From positions 868,001 to 932,000 of the forward strand of contig CM074812.1 of the NCBI GenBank assembly GCA_037447605.1: a stretch of 64,000 nt of DNA. Reading direction: 5' to 3'. A program made the position numbers and the translations under genes. This DNA comes from Zygnema circumcarinatum SAG 698-1b. Its lineage: Eukaryota; Plantae; Zygnematophyceae. Position 1 is the stretch's first letter. Each line of letters starts with the position of its first letter. The notes below the pieces were generated by a model that saw nothing but the letters and a program-made list of their open reading frames with translations, ran no database searches and was not told the DNA's origin. This document shows positions 35,842-47,789 of the stretch, one piece after another.

Positions 35842-37070
35842 GGTGGCTGCACCATAGCATGGAAAGCCTAATCAAGTAGGCAGTGTAGCTGGCGACGGCA
35901 CAGCTGAGGCATGGAAAGGCTAGGTCTATGTAGTGAGGGCATGTGGGCGGCCATGTGCCCTACACTCTGTCACAGCGCGATAGTGCGGCAGGTCATTGTG
36001 GCGAATGGGAGGACTTGGCGGAAGTGAACGCTAGCTTATGTGAAGAAGCGTAGGGATGGAGGACCAATGTCCATGTATAAAAGCTACAAAACCTGGACAG
36101 GGTAAGGTATGAGGATTCTGTGTGGACGAAGGAATGTCTCTGATTGGTCGGTTTTGTCCTCATAAAACAGTGCCTCCCTGGGGCTGTTGGAGAGGAAACT
36201 GCGCTTGGCTTTGTGAGAGGGAGAGGGCACGCACTGAATGCAGATCAGATGAGAAGCACTGTGCATCGGCCTTTGGGAAACGGGAGGCTCCAGATGTCGG
36301 GGCATAGAAAATGGTGTGCAGGCAGCAGCTGAGGAACTGATTCGCATCACTCTCCAGGCTTACTTTGGTTTAATGCCGTCGGTGTGTGTACCATCTGCAT
36401 CTTTGCATTTTTATCGTCTGTTGTAACTGAAACCCCGTTTACAAGTCTATTAGTGAGAATTTGTAAAGATATATGTTTGAAGCGAATATAACTTGATCCC
36501 TTATTGTACATTAACCGTCCATTGTCTCAAAGACCGTCAGCGATGTTTCAGGCAGAAAAGACTAAACGCTGCTTTTGAGAAGAAACAGACGTGTAAAATT
36601 GAACCGAACCTTTTTACGAATTGGTGATAAATTTGAGATTCACTGAGCTGAAACTTTCACAAGGAATTCTGAATATGGACTAAGAGGAGATACTTCCAAG
36701 CTACAGAGTGGAGATAAGAGACGAAAGGGAGAGATGGAAGAGGAGAGAAGAGAGAACGCAAGGAGGGAGTATAGGGAATAGAGAATATGCATTGCAGCAA
36801 ACAGGACCATGCAAACAAGAACAAGCACACCTACATTCTAAAGAATTATTAAGCTAGACCCAAAACTGAGATGAATTCTAAGGCCGATATAAAACTGTCG
36901 TTTTGCTCGTGCTCAGAGTAGTCGCCTTCCTCCGCGAACGCCGCAGCCACGACCTTGTACTGAGCGCGAGCGCGCCTCTCCATTTTCCTCAAGGAGAAGG
37001 TCGACTGCTCTTTGAAACTTTGTCAGGTCCTTCTCCTTTCTTCCTCTCATATTTTTTATTAAACCACAGA

Positions 37071-37235
37071 CAGTGGAGGACCTACACTATAAGTTGGGGA
37101 GGCTCAGCTCCCCCTCCAGTTTAAAAAAAAAAATCAAGCTTTTTTACATAATCTTATGTAGTTATTTTACACCGTATAGTTTTTGCAGAGAGGGGGCCTA
37201 GTCCCCGCTCAGCAAAATTTTTGGATCTGCCACTG
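37071..37235. mobile_element. hAT-like MITE relic
   Basis: Ends CAGTGGAGGACC / GGATCTGCCACTG resemble CAGTGGCGGATC-type TIRs, with GGGG..CCCC subterminal hairpins. No 8-bp target-site duplication found. Confidence 0.4.
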
Positions 37236-37565
37236 CCCGGAACACCCCCGCCCGCTCCCGAACCCCTAACCGCACCCCTAAACCCTATACCCCAACCCCT
37301 GATTGGCTCGTGGCGAGCCTCGTGGGGTACCTTGAATGGAGCCCCGCCCTCGAGGCGAACCCAACGGAGGGTGGGGCCGAGCCGGCCCGCAGTCCCTTGG
37401 GAAAGACGTACGGATGGATGTACGGTCAATATATTTGGAATCTTCGAAGATTTGAAGATCGTAACAATCTGTTCTCATGCGTAAACGTACTCCGCTATTG
37501 GTTGTATACCTGAGAAAGCATCTAGGCGTCGTCAACTGTATGGCTCGATTTGGCTCGGGTCGAAC

Positions 37566-37900
37566 TGGCTCGGCTCGAGCAAGATCTGGCTCGCCCTTCG
37601 GGCGTACTTACTGGCTCGGCTCGAGCAAGATCTGGCTCGCCCTTCGGGCGTACTTACTGGCTCGGCTCGAGCAAGATCTGGCTCGCCCTGCGGGCATACT
37701 TACTGGCTCGGCTCGAGCAAGATCTGGCTCGCCCTGCGGGCATGCTTACTGGCTCGGCTCGATCAAGATCTGGCTGGCCCTGCGGTCGTACTTACTGGCT
37801 CGGCCTCGGCTCGAGCAAGATCTGGCTCGGCCGGCGGCCGTACTTACTGGCGCGGCTCGAGCAAGATCTGGCTCGCCCTGCGGCCGTACTTACTGGCTCG
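37566..37900 (+). repeat. 46-bp tandem minisatellite, about 7 copies
   Basis: Unit TGGCTCGGCTCGAGCAAGATCTGGCTCGCCCTTCGGGCGTACTTAC starts at 37566, 37612, 37658, 37704, 37750 and onward, with no spacers. Confidence 0.92.
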
Positions 37901-38149
37901 GTTCGGTCCGAGGCCCAGGCATGGCCGCTCGTGCGAAAATAGAAATTCTCGACTTTAATTTCCGATTTTATTTTCGGTATTTTGGCAGCCCCTCGGGGCT
38001 CGACCAACCGACGGCTCGGTCAAAATGTGTACCAAACCGTACGGCATCGTACGCCACTGACGGTGTTGTTGTACGGACGCACGGCCAGTCTCTGCATGGG
38101 TCATGCAGGGATGTATGCACGCGCTGTGGCTCCCTCCGGTCGCGAGCGG

Positions 38150-38203
38150 CCAATCACGAAGTGCCATGTCATCAAATGAGTCGACGTGGTACGTGCTGAT
38201 TGG
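38150..38203. promoter_or_regulatory. inverted pair of CCAAT-N9-CCACG-like elements upstream of the MAPKKK
   Basis: CCAAT-N9-CCATG on +; exact on -. Confidence 0.5.
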
Positions 38204-39028
38204 CGGTCACCTGTTTCTTTCTCACCTTCAAATGGAGCCCAGTGCCCGCCCCAGGCACTGTCGGACTGTTTGGAGGGAAGGCGGATAGCCATGGTAGACA
38301 GCCATGGCGCCCTGCGGGGCAGATCCATGGCTGCCGCTGCAAGCGCGTCCGACCTCTAGCAGCGGCAGCGGCCATGGCGGCTGCGTCCTGTGTGTCTGCG
38401 AGAGGGACCTTTGAGCTGTGATCCCGTTCGTCCAGCGCCCGCGTGGCAGGGCTGGACTGGCATGGGTAGCTTCCTCTGCACAGGAAAAAGGGAGTTATAC
38501 GCTGATCATTCGTCGGACTTGGTGAGAAATAGCTGTGAAATTGGTGTTTAGATTGCGTAGAGGCGGGTAAAAGTGGAACTCGCATTGGTGTTTGAGTTGC
38601 AGTGCGTGGGAGCTAACATTTGGCAGCTCCCACGGGAGGAAGGAGGACAGCTGAGGAGGCCGCTTCAAAGATTCTGATGATAGAATCTTTAATTATTCAA
38701 AAGTTCTGAAAGCGATGTGTAGATGGTCCAGATTTTGCCCTATCTGACTGATTCAAACTCCTTGTTTGGAACTTCGGACTTGTTTGGTACATCCTTTGCA
38801 TCGTCATTCTGCTTCGCGCAATGCGGTCTGCTGTGGTATAAGCTAGTATTTTGGATATTTTTTCGCACAGTCACACTTCTGGGACATGTCTACTGCTGTC
38901 CACGCTCAGCTGGAATTAAAGTTCTCTGGGCAAAGCCTTTCGTTATGGAGTGAAAATTCAGTTTTGTCTGTGAACTGAAGCATGGTATTACTTTTTCTCT
39001 CCGTTCTTCGTTTAATGTTTCGGCTCAG

Positions 39029-42000
39029 GAGGGACGACTCGTCGATAATAAGTCCTTTGGCGACAGCGCTTTCCAAACTTCATATTCGTTTAGTAGGGAG
39101 AGCATACCGGTGGCGAAGGGGCGGTACCACCATTCTCCGTCATCTTTTGGCGAGCAGTCTTCAGCAAGCGTAGTATCTCAGGTGAATGGTTTTCCTATCA
39201 AGTGAATCTTGGAAACTTGTCACAGTGTTTAAGATGAGGTGAAGCGGCATACCTACGCAAGGCTTGCCCGCATACCTCCAAAGCATGCCATTGCCTGCAG
39301 AAATGGGTACAGAAAGGTGTGCCTGCTTGCATCATGCTGCCCTCCCGCTTGCACCTCTCGTCAAGCGTGACGGACGATGGTCGGCATTCTTACTTGCGAG
39401 ATGGAGGCTCGAGTCTGGCAGATTATCAACGCTAGCTGTGCACGGTCATGACATCGCACTATAGTATTGTGTGATGTGTTGCTAGGCATTTCGGCACAGC
39501 TGTCAGTCGTAAGGAAGTGGCTGGGGGCACAGAGATGTGACGCTCTTTTGTGTGCACTGGCAGAGCTTTGGCGAGGAGCACTATTCAAATAGCAGCCTCT
39601 TGGAGACTGGAGATACAGCCGGTGAAGGCAGCGATTTTGACGACGCAACCACATCAAACATGAGTCCAGCTAGGCCTCGACCGATAAAGTGGAAAAAAGG
39701 AGACCTTTTAGGAACAGGTGCATTTGGACGGGTGTACATTGGCCAGAATGTCGAAAATGGCGAGCTAATTGCTGTAAAGGAGGTAATGTACGCAGATCTA
39801 ATCCTGGTCATGTTGACAGTGTCACAGTAAGTTCGCATGCTCGTGGTCGGGTGAGAGTCTTCGCGGCAGTATTGATCTATTTGCAGCCATTGGTCGAAAG
39901 TGAGAGATTCTTCACCATCTTTTGACGATCCGGGGCAAGTTAAAGTGAATTAAGCTTGTCCTCGAGCCTGCCGACGGTGGCGAACGCAGAGCTTCAACGT
40001 TATGAGAGAAGGAATCAATACTGACGAAATAGAAGATGTCAAATGACTGAAAGGCAAAGATTTTAAATTTGCAAGAAACTTTAGTGGGACAATAGTGGAG
40101 ATTTAAAATATGTATCAATAGGCCACGGACAGAAATAGACATTATGCTAGACTACATGTCCACTGAGGAAAATTGTTAAGCATAATGTGGTCTGCATAAT
40201 CCTCATTATTCTTTCGGACGGATGATTTCCCTCAGTTTTAGGGAGGACTTGAGCCACTTATGCGCACTATTGCTGAAACTGAGACACATCACAAATGTCT
40301 CTGAAGAAATGCATACTGCAATTATCAATTACACCAGTTTTTTCAACATCTCAGCCCCACAACCAATGTTGGCTGCTTGAACAAACATGATAGGACCATA
40401 CTTGGTCGGGCTGCAAGCTGCATATGATCGATAGTTGCGCACAATAGTCGTGAAGAAGTGAGGGACCTAACCATATAAAGCGAAATCAAGAATGAAAATG
40501 AATGCACGTTGAGTCCGACAGAAGCGATAGGATGATGATCATGTAAATGAAAATAGCATGATATTGAGTTGCTGTTTTCACTTGTTCAATTACTGTAACT
40601 TGACTTTAGATTATTAAATAATGGTGGCCAAAGACTTATTTTGAGCTCGTCTGTCTCGTCAGGTCTCCATCAACACCGGTACCGGGACTAAGAAGCAAGC
40701 GCAGGTAAGTAACTAGAAGAAATTGTCACATATGCATTGTTTCATCTGTCTGCTGGCCAGTAATCTGAGAGAGGCACGTGTGCATGGAGCATACACGTTG
40801 TATTTTGTTCCTTCACATATGACCTTATGATTGCAAATAGGATCGTCAGCAGCTTAGATGACTATATATGATCTGGCAGAGATGTATGCGAAACCAAAGA
40901 CTATAGTTCTATTATATTTTTCCAGTTGATGCGAACCCATATCATTTTACTCTGCATAACAACGGTCAGTATGGGGAACTGAGATGCTACTGCTTCTGGC
41001 AGCAGCACTTTAGAATTTCGTCTTTTTACACTCACGATAGCGTCGACCCACTTGCTTGAGAATATTTCTTCCGTTTTTGCTTTTTGGGGTTCTTGGCTGC
41101 GCTGACTCTCTTAAGGCCAGATTTGCAGGATCATGTTCGAGCTTTGGAAGAGGAGGTTGCAGTGCTCCGCAACCTATCACACCCTAACATAGTGGTGCGA
41201 ACTCACAGAATGGAATGGCATGTTTTGGTCCTTTTTGAAAGCTATTGTCTACAATGATTGTGTCGTCGAGGTAGCTGTTTACTCCGGCCCTGCTTATCAA
41301 GTTAACACCGTCTAGTTTGCCCCCATGTGACAGAGGTATCTTGGAACTCAGAAAGGGGAGGATACTTTGAAGATTTTCTTGGAATATGCGCCTGGGGGCT
41401 CCATCGCGCACCGCCTCTCCAAGTTTGGCCCGTTCAAAGAGCCGGTACTAATACCTATCTGACATTGAGCTCAAAGACTCTTGGATGCGAGGTTCCTGAA
41501 CCAGAGCAGAATTCAACGAGAAATGGTTTGTCTGGCAAATAAAGTAATGATGGTTACAAGCAGGTTACAAGCTGCCTTAAAATCACGACTGTGCATGTGC
41601 TTTGACAACGGCTTCCATGCAGTTTGTGCTGCCGCACGCAGATGCTTATATCATCACGATGTAGGGTGGTGGAAAATGGATGTTAAGGAGGAACTTTCGA
41701 AATAGTTGCAGTGACTGTCATTGGCTCCCATTGTCTCCCCTACCATCGTCTCCATTGACACAGCAAACATCTCTTTTATTGTTTGCCTAGAAATGTCTCG
41801 TGGGACGTTAGCACTCTTCAGTCCTCTGGTAAATCTAAGTAGTATACGCTTGCAATTATTTCTTGAAGTTATTGTAAACAAAAAAATGCACGATAAAGTA
41901 GCCATTGCAGAAATCAATGAGCTGCCGCTACAGATGCACTGTCGAATCTTGACTAACAGCCTCGTGTAGAGTTTCCTCCATTTCCTCGTACACATCCTTT

Positions 42001-45000
42001 TTGTATTCTTGCAAAAGATCTGCCTGTACTTTCCCCCCACCTTGAGGGAGGGTTGGACCCAGAACCATGAGGATAGGTTGCAATTTTGGACATGTCAGGC
42101 CCCACTGTAGGCCACTATAGGCGAACAGTCTTTATTTTTAGGTCCTAGTTGCATTGTTAACTTGGATGCCTGAGATTCAGAGTATATCTAGATACGTGCA
42201 CTTGTCGGCGTTAAATTGACCCATTTTTCTGTAAGAACAAAGGAGATGCTGGCTGGGCATTCATGCATTGTTTGATAAAGAATGAAGGCGATCGTCTATC
42301 CTTGTCCACCAAATGTAGTGGATGGATGGATGGAATAGCTGCATTCACTACCAGACCATTATGCTCCCTGCTGTTTTGCGGATGGAGGATGACAAGAAAA
42401 CAGCCCTCATATGTTTTGCAGCATAAGGTTAATCACCGTTTGTTCCATAATGAAGAAGTTCTGGATCGTGTACTAGGTATGTTTGATGAAAAGTTTGTCT
42501 TCTTGACATAGGCGAAAAATTCATTCGTTTCTTACAAGCAGGATTGCACCGCAGCACTTTGTAATGTTCTCAGGCTCACAAAACTCCTCGACAATTTTTG
42601 CGATGATTTGGTCCAAAAGTCAATGTGTGCCGTCCCCACCTGTTGACACTCGATGCAGGAGACCTTAGCACTCTGCTTATTACGGGGTGTCATCATTGTC
42701 TGCAGATGATCCAAAGCTTCACTCGCCAAATTCTGTGTGGTCTGGACTACCTCCATAGGAATGGCATCATTCACCGTGATATCAAGGTGCAAAAAAGTTC
42801 CCTCCACTTCACAGCCTTGTTTGATTCCCTCATGTCAGTCAGTTTGTCCCTGGATTAAAAGGGCTTGTTTTCTCTCTGAAGATCGTTTGGAATTTGGTGT
42901 GGTTGAGATGTGTAACTTCCATTGAGGAGAATGATATCCTGAACTGGCATCATTATGGTTTATGGAACTACAGACAGAAGCTCACCTCCCTCGATTTGCT
43001 TGTGCAGGGTGCAAACATGTTAACGGACAGTGCAGGTAACGTGAAACTGGCGGACTTCGGTGCATCCAAGAAGATTGAGGACCTTGTAAGAGAACTGGCA
43101 TTGTTCTGAAACTGCTGAGACTGATCTTGAAACAAGTAGTCAATCTGAGTAGTTAAACATACGTTACATGCAGCCAAGCTCGCTGCCACGCAGCAGGGCT
43201 TGCTGTTTATTTGCCTTCGTCCACGTTTTCGAGCGTTCCATCTCGTGTAGTGCATGTAAAGAGTCTCTTTTTTTATTTTTATGGCTTCTTTTTGAGTTTG
43301 GCTTGCGTGCTATGCAGGCCACCATGTCCACTGTCCCCAGCTTGAAAGGGACGCCGTATTGGATGGCTCCTGAAGCAATCACAGTGACTAATGTAGGAAG
43401 GTGAGATACAAGTCCTTGCGTCTGACTTGCAGAACATCATTCTATCCCCTTCGAGATCGGGTGCAGCACTTTCCTTATTCATACTCAGGGGCCGTGCGTG
43501 TCTTTTCACATTAGATTCTTGTTAACAGAGTGCTCCGACGTATGGTTGGGAACATAAATATTCTTAGGTTGGGTCTAATCTCTAAAGGGGCCTAGCAGCA
43601 TGACGAGGGGCTTGGTTGGTTGGTGGGAGTTAAGGATTTGGCACTGCGTGTGGGAGCAGACCTGCTGACATATGGAGCGTCGGATGTACTGTGTTCGAAA
43701 TGGCAACTGGAAAACCCCCTTGGAGTGATGGGGAGGGCAACGTAAGCATACTCCATTTGCCAGGGCATTCCTCCCATCTGGCATCTTCGTGCATTTTGAA
43801 CACACGTATAACAATTATCTGCTGTGAGCACTTTGGGTTGCAGATACCAACCATGATTATGTTTAGAATCATGAAAGCAACAGACCCTCCCGTTCTTCCT
43901 GATCATCTCAGCTCCCGGGCCAAGGATTTCATTCTTAAGTGCTTGCAGAGGTGGGTCATGCATTAGCAGCATCCCTTAAATCCTGTTTTGGAGGATTTCT
44001 CATCGTAATGCCAAGTCATTGCTGATTAGCCTGGTTCAAAAAGAGCAGTCCTTGTTCGTAAATGGTTTGAGGAGGTCATGCAACCCCAGAGGTGTTATTA
44101 GAGGCAGCGTTTAAATTTGCCACCAGTTGCTCCCTGCCATCACCTTTCAAACAGGTTGCTGACTTCAGTCCTCACCATGCGAGTCAGAGTATCCCCTTCG
44201 TTGGGCTAATTAGCGTTACATATGTTCTGCAGCTCCATTGTTCCTTGTGCATGTCCATAAAAAAGTTGGGAATTTGACATAGGGTTTCCATGCCACGCAG
44301 AGATCCAAAGAAGAGGCCAACTGCAGGTGAACTGCTCAAGGTGGGAGTGTTTATTTTCTTAAAAGCTTTTATGCAAGCTTTCCAGTTAGTCGTAGTTCTT
44401 TGCAGCATTTAGGCCAGTGCAGAGTGGAAGGATGAACGAGGCTATGCTTTCGTTGGATCTACAATTCAATAGTGACCACATGAGAGCATGCTGTTGGTTT
44501 CTGGAAGCCTTCAGTATGAAGGCGATTCTTATGGAAAGGCACTAACCAACTATGAAGATATTGAGCCCCTTAAGAGCTGCCAAATGGTGGTAACTTATCT
44601 AACCATTCCTTTCTTTCTCATGTTTTTCTTTACTGGATTTCAGCATCCTTTTTTGTCAGATAACGCAAATGACTGTTCTGATCAAGCGCACTCACCGAGC
44701 TCTCGAAGCAGAAGACTAGTCGGAGAACAAGAGTGGTTACGCTCTCCAAGCCACTCTCTGCAGTCTGCATCACTAGCTTCAATACGGGTGAGACCTGCCG
44801 ACCGCATCGCTTCATTATGATTTTGCTGTCAGTCTCATATTGTAATGGAAATCTTGCTCGCCCCATTGCGGGTCTGAATGAAGCGGGGTCTTGGTAATGT
44901 TTGGAATGCTTCTACTGCGCGTGGATGAAGTCAGCAAATAACGTATGTAGTCTGCAAGTTGGCTGACTGTAGTTTGAAGCCTTAAACGTGTGGTGTGGAA

Positions 45001-46210
45001 CGTATTTGTCTTTGACTCTTGAGTGAATGATTTGGGATGGTCTACAGACGGATTACAACCCCGTACTTGTGATGGAGTCATCATCGTATGCACCCAACGA
45101 GAGCAGAAACAGGGACCAATTTACGGACGAAAGTGTGAGGCTCAGCACCCAACTCTAAGATTAATCCTGTCTGTATGATACGGGTTGTGCTGCTTCGATG
45201 TTGTTGCACGGGGATTTTTCAGCGGAGTTTATCGGCAGCGCCCTTATCATTGAAAATATAAGCCTCATGATGCAATTGATTGCATGTGATCAGGTTGTGG
45301 AACTTGAACGCCGGGGATCCTCTCCATTTGCTGAACTTGCAACTCCATCAAAAAGTGGAGGAGAAGTTTCAAGTCCTTTCACATTTCCTGACAGAGACGG
45401 GTCTCCTTGGGAATCTCCCAGTGTGAACAGCCTAATGGAGGAAGAGTCGGTAAGGAGGGCAGGCTCAAGTGCAGGCCCTCCTGCAGCCATTATGAGCAGC
45501 TGGCAAACCTCCGTTGACAGTCCCGGCGGCTGGCAAGAAAGTCGCTACCACAATGAAAGCAGCAGGGAACACTACACAGATCACAGGGATAGAGGAGCCA
45601 CTCTTTTGTCTCCACCCAAGTCAACAACAGCTGGAGAGAGAGCGCGGAGGCAAGGGGCACTTGAGGAGAGAGCAAGAACTAGAGAAGCAACCACGTCTCC
45701 TGATGAAGGCGGTGACAGGTGAGGAGACACAGAGCTAATTTTCCTTTGCCAATACTCTTAACAGTAACTTAACAGTAACTTATTGTAACAGTCCTGCTGC
45801 TGAGTTGGGGCACCGTCGTTGATGGACTTTTGGAACAACGAAATGTTCATGAAAGACTTGTTTTTTGGCGTGCAATATCGATTTCGGTTCTTAAGTGAGC
45901 CGATTGGATGCAGCGCTTATGTGGCAACCAGCGCTCGGAGGCAGCGGTGGGAGGAGAAGTACCCGCAGTGGGATGAGGAACTCCACCGCGATCTCAACAG
46001 AGCACGAGGTAGTTGCTCCTTTTTACTACTGGATGTGAGAACCTTTTGATCAATCATTGCGCATCTTTTCTATAGTAATTTCAGAGTTAATAGCTTTTGG
46101 TTGAAGATGTTTAACTGCTCTGTTTTCTTGGGAAATAGGAAGTGAAGTTGGACGAAGAGGGAGATATGAGGCCATTGCTGAAGATGCAGAGCAGAACTAG
46201 CTTTTCCTGA
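39029..46210 (+). CDS. NPK1: MAP kinase kinase kinase, NPK1/ANP subfamily (start codon not resolved)
   Basis: Exons give [120 protein letters not shown]-terminal [19 protein letters not shown] resembles the NPK1 coiled-coil. Stop at 46208-46210. Confidence 0.88.
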
Positions 46211-47789
46211 CCATCTTCCTCCAATGGGTCCCTTAGCATGCTCACTAGGATCCTTTGGGCCTGTGGACTAGGGACTAACTGACTCGGGATGTCGGCAATG
46301 AGAAATCTTCGCTAAGGCTTAAAGAATGTGGCAATGGAAATGAAGAGGGATCTCGGTTCAATGATTCCCCCCCCCCCACCCCCTCCCCTTGCCCCATCCC
46401 CCTCCCACCAACCCCCCCCCTTCCCATCCTTTCTCTCCCCCATCCTCCCCCCCCCCCCTCTCCCCCGCATTCTTCCCCTCCTTCTCTTCTCTCTGTGTAT
46501 CCGACCCTTGTATCAGTCGTTGCTCTTGTGGTAATGTAGCTCTCTTGTGGGAAGTGCAGCCATCTGGAGGGGAAAGCAGAAGAACGGCAGCGGGAGTGAC
46601 AGTGGGAGTGGGAAGTCATCCCCGCGAGAAAAGCTTGCCAAGTCCCCAGGCCTACACTGATTGCTGGTGCCTTGTGGGGGGAGAGGGACGGAGGGAGAGG
46701 GGTGGAAAGGGAGGGTAAGGGGGGTCGAGGGGAAGGGGGCAACAGAGTAGAATACTAGAAACACTACTTAAAATTTAATGTAATGTCAAATGTCAGCAAT
46801 TTGCTGCTTTTCAGCTATATGAAGAGTTGTTTTTAGGAACAACTCATTTTTCTCCTTGAGAATCTTACAGTGGCTCAAACCACGTGGAATTCTGTGTTTC
46901 TTCGTTGTTATGGGAATTTAGATGTCACCACCCATTCAATCTAGAGCAGCCCCAAGCACAAGGGCGTCTTGGGAGATGGTCCATGAAAAGCGATTTGGGC
47001 GGGGAAAGTGGAGAGGAAATGTTGGAGCGAGAGGGGGCTGAGGCAGAAAGGGCAGCAATGCTAATGCTGCGTGACCTGTGCCAACAATCCACCTGTTTCT
47101 GTTGACATTCTTGATCAGCGCCATGTCGAAACTGGCGAGCAATTCAGTACTGAACGCATCTGCAACAAGAACAAGAAACAAGGTCTTACTGAGCACATCG
47201 GTCCAATGAATCCGACCGCCACATTTGGCGAACCACTTGTCAAAATGTTCTGTGTTGCATGCACCGTACTATTCCCGACTGCCCCCTGGGCGGCAGGTTT
47301 TGCAGAGGTCGGACCAGTGGATCGGCAACGGCCAGGAAATTTCATTGAACTCATGATGGCGAGGCCATCAAACGTACATGGACAAAAGCATGATGTGGAA
47401 CCACGAGGGACTGGTCGCAAAGGACCTAAGCACAATAGAACGAAGCTAAGAGCGGAAAACTACGCCTAGGCACAACAACGCAGCCCTAGAACCAGCCGCG
47501 AAGGTTACCGATGTGAGGCACATCGCGCGAGGAGGGAGCGGCGGAAGTACACCAACACGGTCACCAACAACCGCAGCACGCAGAAGAAGCGTAGAATCGA
47601 GGCAACGCTGAAGGGCGACGGAAATGCGCTGTCGCTAAAAAGTAGCCAAGATCGCCGACAATCATTGGACAACCATTGGACGGCAATGGTTGGACGTCTA
47701 ATGGTTGCCAACCATTGGCATCCACTGGTTCCGAACCAGTCGAATGGTTGTTTCGGTCCGTCGCCAACGGCTGGCAACCGGTTGGTATC

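Noticed and set aside
37566-37900. CRISPR array (also considered for 47790-49420)
   Set aside because: Units are contiguous with no unique spacers, there are no cas genes, and the context is eukaryotic.
37477-38199. 240-aa ORF
   Set aside because: It is produced by the stop-free 46-bp repeat and has no domain signal.
41654-42040. ORFs in a MAPKKK intron, possibly a nested gene
   Set aside because: No recognisable motif, and the neighbouring frames carry several stops; at most an old fragment.
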